DNA of 63,661 nucleotides, filler included, from Octopus bimaculoides (taxonomy: Eukaryota): NCBI RefSeq assembly GCF_001194135.2. It is 4 parts of 4 records of this genome, joined end to end, with 100 filler letters (N's around TTAATTAATTAA, not from the genome) between each part and the next. Parts side by side here need not be neighbours in the genome. Positions count along the whole stretch, not along the records: positions 28,077 to 59,651 come from NC_068982.1; 3 more parts are not named here. One strand, written 5' to 3'. A program made the translations under genes and the position numbers. The notes below the pieces were generated by a model, which saw only the letters and a list, made by a program, of their open reading frames with translations, was not told the origin of the DNA and searched no databases. This document shows, one piece after another, positions 37,361 through 49,185 of the stretch (positions are counted from its first letter, which is position 1; each line of letters starts with the position of its first letter).

Positions 37361-38939
37361 CCTGATGGCATATTTTGTAATGTATGTATGAGTCTATATA
37401 TNNNNNNNNNNNNNNNNNNNNNNNNNNNNNNNNNNNNNNNNNNNNNNNNNNNNNNNNNNNNNNNNNNNNNNNNNNNNNNNNNNNNNNNNNNNNNNNNNNN
37501 NNNNNNNNNNNNNNNNNNNNNNNNNNNNNNNNNNNNNNNNNNNNNNNNNNNNNNNNNNNNNNNNNNNNNNNNNNNNNNNNNNNNNNNNNNNNNNNNNNNN
37601 NNNNNNNNNNNNNNNNNNNNNNNNNNNNNNNNNNNNNNNNNNNNNNNNNNNNNNNNNNNNNNNNNNNNNNNNNNNNNNNNNNNNNNNNNNNNNNNNNNNN
37701 NNNNNNNNNNNNNNNNNNNNNNNNNNNNNNNNNNNNNNNNNNNNNNNNNNNNNNNNNNNNNNNNNNNNNNNNNNNNNNNNNNNNNNNNNNNNNNNNNNNN
37801 NNNNNNNNNNNNNNNNNNNNNNNNNNNNNNNNNNNNNNNNNNNNNNNNNNNNNNNNNNNNNNNNNNNNNNNNNNNNNNNNNNNNNNNNNNNNNNNNNNNN
37901 NNNNNNNNNNNTATATATATATATATATACGTGTGTGTGTGTGTGTACACGTATCTATTATAATATCTATTGTGTATTGGATTATTATATGTGGAGCTTT
38001 CAAATTCTGTTACGTACTTGTTTTATGAATAAGCAACAAAGGAATATAGCGAACAATAACTGCCGCGCTAAATTCTTTCTAGTGTTCATCTTAACTCCAC
38101 GGTGGCTGGCTTAATATTTCGTTTTCCTGAATCAATAAACAAGAGTCGGCAAAGATTGGATTTTACTTCTTCGATTTAATTATAATGGTTGCGCCTCAGT
38201 ATCAATTAATTAGTTCATTAAATTAAATGTTTATGATTAAATATATATTTTATATGAAAACCTGTAAATATGGATTGTACTGCAGAAAAACTTCTGCATG
38301 AAGACTTTTGCACATTCAGAATTGCATAAGTGGAGTTTTACCAAAGAGAGAAATATATGTGTATGTGTATCTATCTACTTCTCTTTCTCTACCTGCTTAT
38401 CTATCTATCCATCTCTCGCTCTCTGTATATGTGTGTATGTGTACTAACATAATTATATACCAATATACCATAATTATGTTGGAATAAAGAATATCGCTGC
38501 ACAATCATGATGCTCCAGATTCAATGCTACAGCATGCTATGCTCAGCGACTGCCTTCTTCCAAAGCCTCAAAATTGAGTAAAGCTTTGTTAAAAGATTTC
38601 ACACCATTATGAAGACTAACTTCCGTCAAGATGTGTAACCTGACTGACTTTAACACTGTAAAAAAAGGGGGAGAAATTGAATTTAAATAAAGTTTTATAT
38701 CTATGTCAGGTTTCATTTTCTTTTCTTATAGAGATGCATATCACTCGAATTTCTTTTGAACTTTATGTTGTCGATTAAAACTCCAGTCAAACAAATATCA
38801 GCGATATAGGATCCGTAGAATACCGTCTAGAACCCTGCCTTATTAAAAGCATGTTTATTCAGACACTCTTAAACCCAAATTCAAAATTGTTTTACTGAGA
38901 TTTATATGGAAAATGAAATATATATTCTTTTCTACTCTG

Positions 38940-39135
38940 GGCACAATTTTGGGGAGGGGGGCAAATCGAATTGATCGATCCCCGTACGCAACTGGTACTT
39001 TATTTATCGCCCCCACCCCGAAAGGATGAACGGCAAAGTCGACCTCAGCAGAATTTGAACCCAGAACGTAAAGAAACCGAAATAACGCTAAGCATTTCTC
39101 CCGGCGTGCTAACCATTCTGCCTGCTCGCCGCCTC
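38940..39135 (-). mobile_element. tRNA-derived SINE
   Basis: GAAAGGATGAACGGCAAAGTCGACCTCAGCAGAATTTGAAC core. Confidence 0.75.
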
Positions 39136-39224
39136 GTTTATGAAAGATATTTTTCTCAATATTTAATCAGGCTTTATCATTCGCAAAATCGCCAAAAACA
39201 ATGTGAAACTTGATATGTTCTTTT

Positions 39225-39647
39225 ACTTGTTTCAGTCATTTGACTACAGCCATGCTGGGGCACCGCGTTATTCTTTGTAACTCTTTTGNNNNNNNNNNNN
39301 NNNNNNNNNNNNNNNNNNNNNNNNNNNNNNNNNNNNNNNNNNNNNNNNNNNNNNNNNNNNNNNNNNNNNNNNNNNNNNNNNNNNNNNNNNNNNNNNNNNN
39401 NNNNNNNNNNNNNNNNNNNNNNNNNNNNNNNNNNNNNNNNNNNNNNNNNNNNNNNNNNNNNNNNNNNNNNNNNNNNNNNNNNNNNNNNNNNNNNNNNNNN
39501 NNNNNNNNNNNNNNNNNNNNNNNNNNNNNNNNNNNNNNNNNNNNNNNNNNNNNNNNNNNNNNNNNNNNNNNNNNNNNNNNNNNNNNNNNNNNNNNNNNNN
39601 NNNNNNNNNNNNNNNNNNNNNNNNNNNNNNNNNNNNNNNNNNNNNNN

Positions 39648-39687
<40 letters not shown>

Positions 39688-39860
39688 CACACACACACAC
39701 ACACATACACGAAGACCTTCTTTCAGTTACCATCAACCAAATCCACTTTGATCAGCTCGAGACTACAGTAGAAGACATTTGCCCAAGGTGCCACGCAGTG
39801 GGAATGAACCCAGAACCATGTGGTTGGTAAGCAAGCTACTTACCACACATTCACACCTAC
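39225..39860 (-). mobile_element. tRNA-derived SINE spanning an N gap
   Basis: Tail TTTCAGTCATTTGACTACAGCCATGCTGG at 39230 and head GTGCCACGCAGTGGGAATGAACCC at 39790. Confidence 0.7.
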
Positions 39861-40351
39861 GCCTATGTTCTCATAAAACAGGGATTTCTTTTTCAAACTG
39901 TTATGAGTTTCTCAAATTTCAATTGATGACCATCACGGTTCCTCCTCAGTCGAAAATACATCAGAGCTACCACTTAGTAATTGACATAACTGCTGACTGT
40001 TGTATCATCTGCGTTCTGGTATATTCCTTCCAGCATTGATCAGTTTCATGTTGCACGAGGTTAATTATAAAAAAATATTAGAAAAGATTAAAATCTCGTT
40101 ACCAGTGGCAGATACATATATCTATGTTTGTATGCATGCAAATGTTTCAAATAATATTTTTCGTATTTCTTTCCAGTACAGAGTGAGTTAGACTCCAACC
40201 CAGACTCAAGTCTCTTTCACTGGAATATAAATAATATCAAATGATAGTCATATATGTACACATTTATCTGCACGCTTACGTGTGCACATGCTTGGTTGTA
40301 TGCGGACCAGTGTGTGCATTTGAATATGTCTTATCTTATGAATGTATACCC

Positions 40352-40745
40352 ATAGGCGTGGATTTGTGGTAAGAAGTTTGCTTCCTAACCACATGGTTTC
40401 ATGTTCAGTGCCACGGTGTGCCATCTTGGACAAGTGTCTTCTGCTATAGTCTCTGGCTGACCAAAGCATTGTAAGAGGATTTTGTAGACGGAAACTGAAA
40501 GAAGCCCGTCGTATATATTTATGTGTGTGTGTTCTTTGTGTCTGTTTTTGTACCACGCCACTGATTTACAACCGGTGTTGGTGGGTTTACGTCCCCATAA
40601 TTTAGAGGTTCGGCAAAAGAGATATAATAAGTACCAGGCTTAAAATAACAATAGTTTTCCGGTCGTTCCATTCAACTAAAATTTTTCAAGGTGGTGCCCC
40701 AGCACGGCCGTAGTCTAATGACTGAAACAAGTAAAAGAAAATATA
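40352..40745 (+). mobile_element. Full-length tRNA-derived SINE (CR1-like tail family)
   Basis: tRNA-like head, GACGGAAACTGAAAGAAGCCCGTCG body, internal (TG)n, tail GGTGCCCCAGCACGGCCGTAG...TGACTGAAACAAGTAAAAG. Confidence 0.8.
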
Positions 40746-41399
40746 AAATATGCGTATGTTTGCATGTATAAACATGTGTATTAGTAGATAACAGAGCAAG
40801 GATATTGCGAAGGGGGTGTGATTAAAGAGTGCGAGTAAGTGGCGAAAGATCTGGGTATATATAGAGTTGGAGGGGCTACCAGATACCAGATAGCAATGAT
40901 ACTGAGGAACAGGGATGTGAGGACAGGATAGAGGGGTGAGAGCTACGCATAGTGTATGGAGGAGGAAATGTGAGAAAGTGAAGAGATGTAGACTGGTTTG
41001 TTGGGGGTAGGGTGAGGGAAAAGTTTTCTTGTTACGTGTGGGTGGAACAACCATGTCATGGGCTAGCAGATAGCAATAATCGAGTGAGTGAGACAGGGCA
41101 TTTGGATAGAACTCACAGGTCAGGGGCAAGCGGAGAGAAATGATACAGTGCCACAGGGCCAAGAGGAAAGGATTGGGGAGTGAGAGGTAATCATAGGACA
41201 TGAAGCGGAAATGTGAGGAAGAGAAATGTAGAGACGTAGTTTGGTTTGTTGTGGTAGAGTGTGTGAGAAGTTTTCTTGTTAAGTGTGGGAGGACCACACA
41301 GTGCTTTTAGAACTCAGTTTTGCTAATATAGGCGGGTCTTTTCAAGAACTTCATATCGCCAGACATCTCGGTCCATTGTCGTATCCTCCGTGAGGTCCA

Positions 41400-41660
41400 A
41401 CTTCCTGGGATCGGTCTTTACCACTTCACCCCATGTCTTCCTCAGTCTCCTCCTTCTACGGGCATCATCCAGCACCTCTTTATACAGCTGTCCTCATTCA
41501 TTCGCATCATGTGTCCAACCCAACGTGGTCTTCTCTCTTGCACGCTGCATTTGATTCCTCTTATACCCAACTTTTTTCTCAATATATTTGCACTTCGCCA
41601 TACATGTACCCTGATGTTGCACATCTAACAGAGCATACTACCTTCGTTTCTCACATGTAT
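41400..41660 (-). mobile_element. RTE LINE fragment (post-RT)
   Basis: ORF 41442-41624 KLGIRGIKCSVQERRPRWVGHMMRMNEDSCIKRC matches the RTE C-terminus. Confidence 0.75.
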
Positions 41661-41809
41661 ACATTTCATGTATATTGAGTGTAGCATCAGAATGCTTCTC
41701 ATTAAATCGACTAATTTACGGTTATGTTAATAGACACTGGACAAATTATCACTACTTTTGCAAACCATGGTCATTGTGGCCAGCGTATGGTGTTTATATT
41801 TCATCATTT

Positions 41810-41999
41810 GCTTGCTTCAGCCATGTTGGGGCACCGCTCGAAGAATATTAATTGAACGAATCGACCTCAGTACTTATTGTTTTACAAAACCTTGAACTTA
41901 TTCTATCGGTTCTTTTTGCCAAACCGTTGACTCACAGGGTCGTAACCACACGAACACTAGTCGTCAATCGATACTGGAGGCCAAACACAGACACAAAGA

Positions 42000-42070
<71 letters not shown>

Positions 42071-42245
42071 CGTATATATCTATACACGACGGGCTTCTTT
42101 AAGTTTCCGTCTAGGAAATCCACTCAGAAAACTTTGGGCGGCCCGAGGCTATAGTAGAAGACACTTATCCAACGTGCCACGCTGTTGAAATGAACCCGGA
42201 ACCTTATGGTTGAGATGCACCCTTCTTCCTACACAGCCACGCCTG
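41810..42245 (-). mobile_element. tRNA-derived SINE
   Basis: Same family as 31670-32035, with internal (CT)/(CA)/(TA) microsatellite. Confidence 0.75.
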
Positions 42246-45044
42246 TGTCTACAATCTATCAAAGACACGATTATGCTCGAGTTCCGTCTTGTTAAGGATT
42301 TTCAGATTTTTCTACTCCTTGCACATTAATCATTTATGTTCTGTTTAGAATATTAACGTTCTTAAATTTCTTGATCCATTCACGCTTCAAACGTATCTCA
42401 GCCCCATCGTCAATCCTCAACATGAAACACACTTTCAAATCCATGACAAAATTTTCCAAACTTTATTTGTTTCAAGATATTTTTCGGACAAATTTTTGTA
42501 AGTGAAGAGTTTCAATGTTACATTATGTTCTGGTGATAGAAGCTTTCAATCTTTTACTAAACTCTGTGCGTACACATCCGAAACAACTCACGTCATTCTC
42601 CATGTTTAAACTGGAAGGTTGGTCTGTATGTCCACCACCTCTCGCAATGCATAGGTTAAAGGTTTGCTGTGTAACAACGTATTACATTCATATAAACGAT
42701 GTAAAATTCAGAAAATACAGACGAATTAAAAATGACGCGAAAAATGAATTAAGAAGTTAGCGAAAATATAAAGTAAAACATTATAAAAAGTCATTTTGTA
42801 TTTTCAATTATTAAAAACATGAAGATACTTCTCTATATTTCTATGATTGAGGTATACAAACATAGACACACGCACGCACACATGTATGCATATTATTTAT
42901 ATATAGATTGAAGCATATGTATATTTGTGTACTTATATCCATCCATACACACGTACATAAGAAATTGTGTGTGTGTGTGAATGGAAAATAAATGTTGTAA
43001 CGAAAGGTATGATTATAGCAATTGAAGGTAAGATTTATATTTCTTCCAATTTCTTCACGTTCTTCACTTATATTTTATTTCTTCTTCTGCTTTCCCCTCC
43101 ACTAATTCAGTTTTCTTCATGTCTCTTCCATTTCTCTTTTCTCTCTCTCTTTATTTCTCTTTTCTCTCTCTCTTTATTTCTCTTTCCCTCTTCCTCTTTT
43201 TCTCTCTTCGTTTCTTTTGTGAACACTTCAAATTTTATTTCCTTTTTTTTTTTTACAACTATTCTCATATTATTCTTACTGCGTTTCATTTTACTTTTTC
43301 TTTATTTCATTCTCTTTCTGTTTGTTTTCCTCACATTTTACAAACCCGCCACACACGCTTCTTTTCTTTCCTACATCACATTTTTTTGTATATTTCTGTT
43401 CATCACACTGGCATGTTTTCTTTGCCTATGTTTCTCGACAATACATGCAATATTTTTATTCGTTATTTCCGCCTTTTTCTTTCTTTCTCACTACTCATAC
43501 TTTAACCCTATATTTTATATCTATGTGTTTATCCATGTCTTTCAAATGACTTCACTATTCAAATTTTCTCTTTTATATATTGTATCATATCTATGCTGCA
43601 CACGTTTCGGATTTTGAAATATACTCTTTCAGTAAATCCAGTCATCCTTCAACAACATTTTCGCAATCTTCACTCTATTATTTCAAAGTTCACATTCTGC
43701 TATTTTCCGTTAATATGTTTCCCAGTCAGTCTTCATTTATTTATCCATATCTTATCTTACACAATCTCATGTACAATGAAACACAACCCTCCTCTCTACA
43801 GCTCTAACACTATCCACTATTCCCCCACTTCTTATTCCTGAAGTCTTTCACTCTGTGCTTTTTTTTTTTTCAAGTAATGTTAGCAGATAATGCCAAACTT
43901 GAATTACACTATCTCGATATTATGCTGCTATGTTTTTACACTCGGATGGTATATTTATCCATCTTGTAGCTATCCAGAATTGGCTTTGTAGGACATTGTA
44001 TTCCATGTGATCGTACAGATTTTCGAATTATTTAGAAAAAACGAATTGGAAAAATTCTGGAAAGATTCAAACCTAAGAAAAAGGATTGGCGAAACTCCAG
44101 ACTAATTTCTAAGTCTGCAATCTACATTTTAGTAAATATAAACTTGAAAGCACGGGAGCAATTGTTAGTTATTTATGGATAATGTGTTGTAAAACATCAT
44201 AAACTTTTAGAGAGGAAACAGAAGATTATGATTATCATACGATATAATGGTTGAAAACTTATACCATATTTAGAATATTGAGAATATTGACCGTTGTAAA
44301 ATCTGGCTAAAATTATTGAAAAAAAAAACAACAAAAAACAATTGGCAAGCTGTGAAAGTCAGCAGCGTAGACAACTTCACGTTGTAGGTGAGAACGTGAT
44401 CGACAACGTACTTAAAAGACGAGTTTCATTTATTTTAGCGGACGTATATGAAGCTGGGATGAAAAGTTCCTACGACGCCTCGATATTTATGGCCATTGAT
44501 ATACATTCACAAACACACCGATAAAATTATATATATAATATGTATATGCATATATACACACATATACACATACATACGTATGTATGTATATAGGTATGCA
44601 TATATGGGTACATTACGTCACAAAACGTAATCAATATGAAATACGAAAATAACTTTGGGTGCGCAAAGAACGAGAGAAACAATGGAAAACAAGAGAAATA
44701 ACATAAGAAACGACCCTTCATCAGTTGTCGGCTGCCCTTCTACTCCTTATTTAGAGTAATGAACGACAAGATAAGACTTTGAAGGCAGTTGCTCCCGCGA
44801 ACCAAAATAAAATTTGGGATTTGCAGAGGGTCAAAATTGGTAACAAAAACATGACATACAACAAACGAAACGAAACGAATACAAACAGCGAGGGCCATTA
44901 GGCTCAGACGAGGTAAAGTAGTGAACGCTAGAAGAAGATTCTTTGATTAGAGAAAAGATTGGAGAGGAGACAGATACGAATGCGTCTGGACTGCCCAACA
45001 GACTGAAAGAAAAGAAAGATGGACAATGGCCACGTGTGAGCAAC

Positions 45045-45049
45045 GAGAA

Positions 45050-45111
<62 letters not shown>

Positions 45112-45190
45112 CGGTGAAGGGGAGAAAAAAGAATTAGAGAAAGAGTGAGAGAGAGAAAATGAAAGAGAGAGAGGGAGAGGGGAGGGAACA
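45045..45190. repeat. (GA)n microsatellite and purine-rich tract
   Basis: Long GA run. Confidence 0.9.
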
Positions 45191-45283
45191 GTAAAGGAAA
45201 GAGTCGCATCAAATATATTAAGATAAAACTTACTTGGAAATGGATGCGTGGCATTCAATTAAATAATAATAATAATAATAATA

Positions 45284-45314
<31 letters not shown>

Positions 45315-45753
45315 CATGCTTACGCTTGTGTTAATGAAGTATTGTCGTGTTTCTTATATAAATTCAAAGTCGATTGTATTTACCCTAAGTGTTTTATCAC
45401 TCAAACCGATTTGATTGATTTTTGAAAAATCAAGCCAACCTACGTCAAGAATTGAACTTAGAAACAATGGGTCTGGGAAACCTTATGCTCTACTGTTCTT
45501 ACTACTCCATAGCTGGACACAAGGTTTGTATAACTGTATGTTTCTGCATTAGATATTCCAATCACAGTCATTGATGTTAATGTTAACTCCTAATGTCTTG
45601 ATTGTTTGAAATATCACTTTTCTTAGATATTTTTAATATCTAAGAATTAGAACATATACACACGCACACACATGTATGTATATATGCACATATATACATA
45701 TATAAATATACAGATATATGCACATATATTCATGAATAAGTATATATACATAC

Positions 45754-45817
<64 letters not shown>

Positions 45818-46968
45818 NNNNNNNNNNCCGTTTCTTGGCTGGTGATAAAAGCAGGGAAAGTTATGCGAGCAATAGTATTGTCAAAGGAGGGACTGTGTTC
45901 TAGCGAACGTTCCAAAGCATGGCAACCGTGACGTGAATTTCTGGCTATGTTATGCAATAGCTCTGTGAATATTTCGGCATCACAGTGGAATATTTGAAAT
46001 GTCTGTGTGGGTTGCCAAGAAGCTGGACATATTCTAGCAACGATAACAACGGAAGATATTGCAATTCACCTGGTGAGATACAATTTCAAATGAAGAAATC
46101 TTTCTTACAATCACATCTCATCCATTCTAATACATGATGACGCTACGCAGGTTTCGCGTGGCAGGCCCTAGTTTCATCCACTCGACAGGCAAAGACTGCA
46201 ATGTCGATGACATAGAAGAAAGGGAAACCGGGAAAACGGACGGCCTTGCAACACGAAACGGCAGACGTTTGATGAAAATCTCAAACGCACGGAAATCAGT
46301 TGCCCAGAAGAAGCAAAACGGTGGAAGATCAAATACGCCGCAGAAATTTATTACGAGGTGGTAGAACATAAATATAAGTTACACACACATACACATACAG
46401 ACAAACAAACACGTATACATGTGTGTACCTATAATAATAAAGGCCAAAACGAATTTCTGTGTGTCAGTGTGTCACACTTTGATTCCCTCTCTCACTATTC
46501 AATGATACTTCTTCTACTCCTCTTGCTGGGGTGAGAGTAATAGTAGGCATAGAGAAGGTGAGGGCGAAGGTAGATTGACATTTGAGATGCTAATAGTATG
46601 AGCTGTAGTTGTGATAGAAGCGGAGGCGACGGTGGTGATGGTGGTGGTAACTGAGGCGGTCAAGCATAATGGTGATTAGTAAGAGATGTGAAAGACAGTG
46701 CTGATGGTGTACTGACCTCCGAATGGGAAGACAAAAAAATGTTGTTTATCATGAAGCATTGCAATAAGTTCCAAGTTCACATACCATATCATTGTTCTGA
46801 AGAAAATTGTTCATTGCTTAAAAAATATTGGTCAACTTTAATAAAATTCAATATGTACTCAGTGTATGAAGTGTCGTTATTGGGCCCAAGGCCCAAGGCC
46901 CAATGAAGAGCCCTCCATATGGGCTAGCTTAAAAACCGCCCTATCGAACAGCGTTTAAGCTAGTACAT

Positions 46969-46969
<1 letters not shown>

Positions 46970-47039
<70 letters not shown>

Positions 47040-47040
47040 T
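46970..47040. repeat. (GT)n microsatellite
   Basis: Long GT run. Confidence 0.9.
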
Positions 47041-48826
47041 GTGCGTGCGTGTGTGTGTATTCATTCATACATAATATATATATACATATATATATATATG
47101 CGCGCGCGCGTGTACATCATATATATATATATTTCTTGTTGAAAAACTTGCATTAACACTATCTCAAAACGCGCTTTATCGACCGTTGTTTGTTTGATAA
47201 CAATCACTCTAAATTACCTTTTTTTTGTTTTGTCTTTTTTGTATGGTTTATATTCAAAGAATCTACCGAGGCAAATGAATATCTAAATTATACAGCCGAC
47301 GTCTACCTGAAAACAATAGTTCACTAGACATGTCTATTATCGGATTAGTCTTCAAGGAAATGCACTGCATTGACAGAGCGAACGTAATGCAAAGTGAAAT
47401 CTTTAAAAATTTCGTTTTCAAAGAAATTACATTTACTTCCAATTTCTTTTGATGACCTGTATGTCAATTAATTGCTCGTTACAGTATATATACACACATA
47501 TGTTTGTGCGTGTGTGCGCGCGCGCTCTCATGGAAGTCGGTCTGAATGTACTTTAGTATATGCATTAATCGATCGAAAATAAATGAGTGACCAAATATTG
47601 CTATTTTCCGAGATGTCTGTGACATACTTTTCTTAAGTTATTCTCCGCAGCTCTACACTTTTTCCTTCTGATTATTGCTCTGTCAACAATTGCTATATTT
47701 CTACGCTGTTTTAAGAATTAATTTTACTTGTAAATTTAACAGGAATATCAAAGAAGACACCTGAACAACATGTTAGGAGATAACAATACATATTTTTTTC
47801 CAGGTATAAGGGCTTATATTAAAGTACATGTAGAAGAAATTGGCTCGAAGCAAAGTATGATGTCAGAATTTAAATTCAATGACGTTCATTTTAAATATGA
47901 TAAGATTCACTCTGCTTATAGCTGCCCCGATATAATATACTTTGTTATTTCTTAAAACGAATTAATAAGAATTGATAGAAACACATCGGATTGAATGTCA
48001 CGAAGTTCTGCCTCTGTCATGTTTTGAATTCATTCGATTAATTTGTTTTTCCCTCTTTTTCTAAACCTATCTTTTAATTTGCCATTATGGGAATACTTTT
48101 CACAAAGAGAACGATTCGTAAGCGTTGAGAATAAGAGCTAGTAAGAGCAAATTACCGTATATATTGGAATAATACGACTCATTGTGTTGCATCTCACTAT
48201 TTAAAATTCCAAAATTTTACTGGAGACGCAGAGGAGTGTCGTATTTTATATGTGGTGCTCTCAGCCAAAGAACCTCATAGAATGATATCTATTTATACTT
48301 CAACGACATTTTGTTACTTAAGACACTATTTTACTTGATTCTGAAATATGAATTTTACGCACGTGTCGTGGGACTGATTTATTGATTTTGTTTTAAAAAC
48401 GCGTTTAATGATTGTAAGCCATAATATAAAGCAATATCGATTTTTTTAAAAACCCTCGATTTGACTAATTGTTTATCCCATAATACGAATGTAACGTAAA
48501 TTTTTTGCTTCTTTGAGAAGCAGATATTTGCATTAATGTAAAGCTAACTTAAAATATTAACGAACAAAATAGTATTTAATTATTCTTAAGAGTGGTATCA
48601 TCTCCAAGATTTAAAACAGATAATTAGTATTTATAAAGAGCTTATGAATTTTTTTTCAATTGATGTGGTAGTAACAGAAATTATTATTTAATATTGATCA
48701 TTTAAAACATTCATTCTTCTGAACTAAAGTAAATTAAGGTCTTCAAAAAAAAAAAAAAAAAGACAAAGTCTGCTAAATTGCATTATTTACACTTGGCGGA
48801 TATTTGTCCTCATCTTGTTTGTTGTT

Positions 48827-48872
48827 AACACAATGTTTCGGCTGATATACCCTCCAACCTTCTTCAGGTGTC
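48827..48872 (-). ncRNA. Minimal type I hammerhead-like motif
   Basis: GACAC-CUGAAGA-A-GGUUG-GAGGGUAUAU-CAGCC-GAA-ACAU-U|GUGUU: 5-bp stems I and II; helix III palindrome ACGU altered by CG>CA. Confidence 0.65.
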
Positions 48873-48919
48873 GTGGGGAAATTTCGAACCTGGGTTCTCA
48901 TTCCTAGGGTATTTTTCAA

Positions 48920-48989
<70 letters not shown>

Positions 48990-49139
48990 GTTATTGTTGT
49001 TGTTGTTGTTGTTGTTGTTCAGGTCACTGCTTGGAATCGAATTCGGAATCTTGGGGTTGGTATTAATAATAATAATAATAACAACAACAACATTGAAAAA
49101 CACCTTAGGAATGAGAACCCAGGTTCGAAATTTCCCCAA

Positions 49140-49185
49140 GACACCTGAAGAAGACTGGAGGGTATATCAACCGAAATGTTGTGTT
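49140..49185 (+). ncRNA. Minimal type I hammerhead-like motif (more decayed copy)
   Basis: GACAC-CUGAAGA-A-GACUG-loop-CAACC-GAA-AUGU-U|GUGUU; two mismatches in stem II; helix III altered by CG>TG. Confidence 0.55.

Noticed and set aside
42530-42600. CUGGUGA...CCGAAAC...GUC hammerhead-like words
   Set aside because: No stem II or stem I pairing can be formed.
42967-43617. 216-aa hydrophobic ORF
   Set aside because: F/L/S-rich translation of a low-complexity pyrimidine tract; no real start, splice signals or family motifs.
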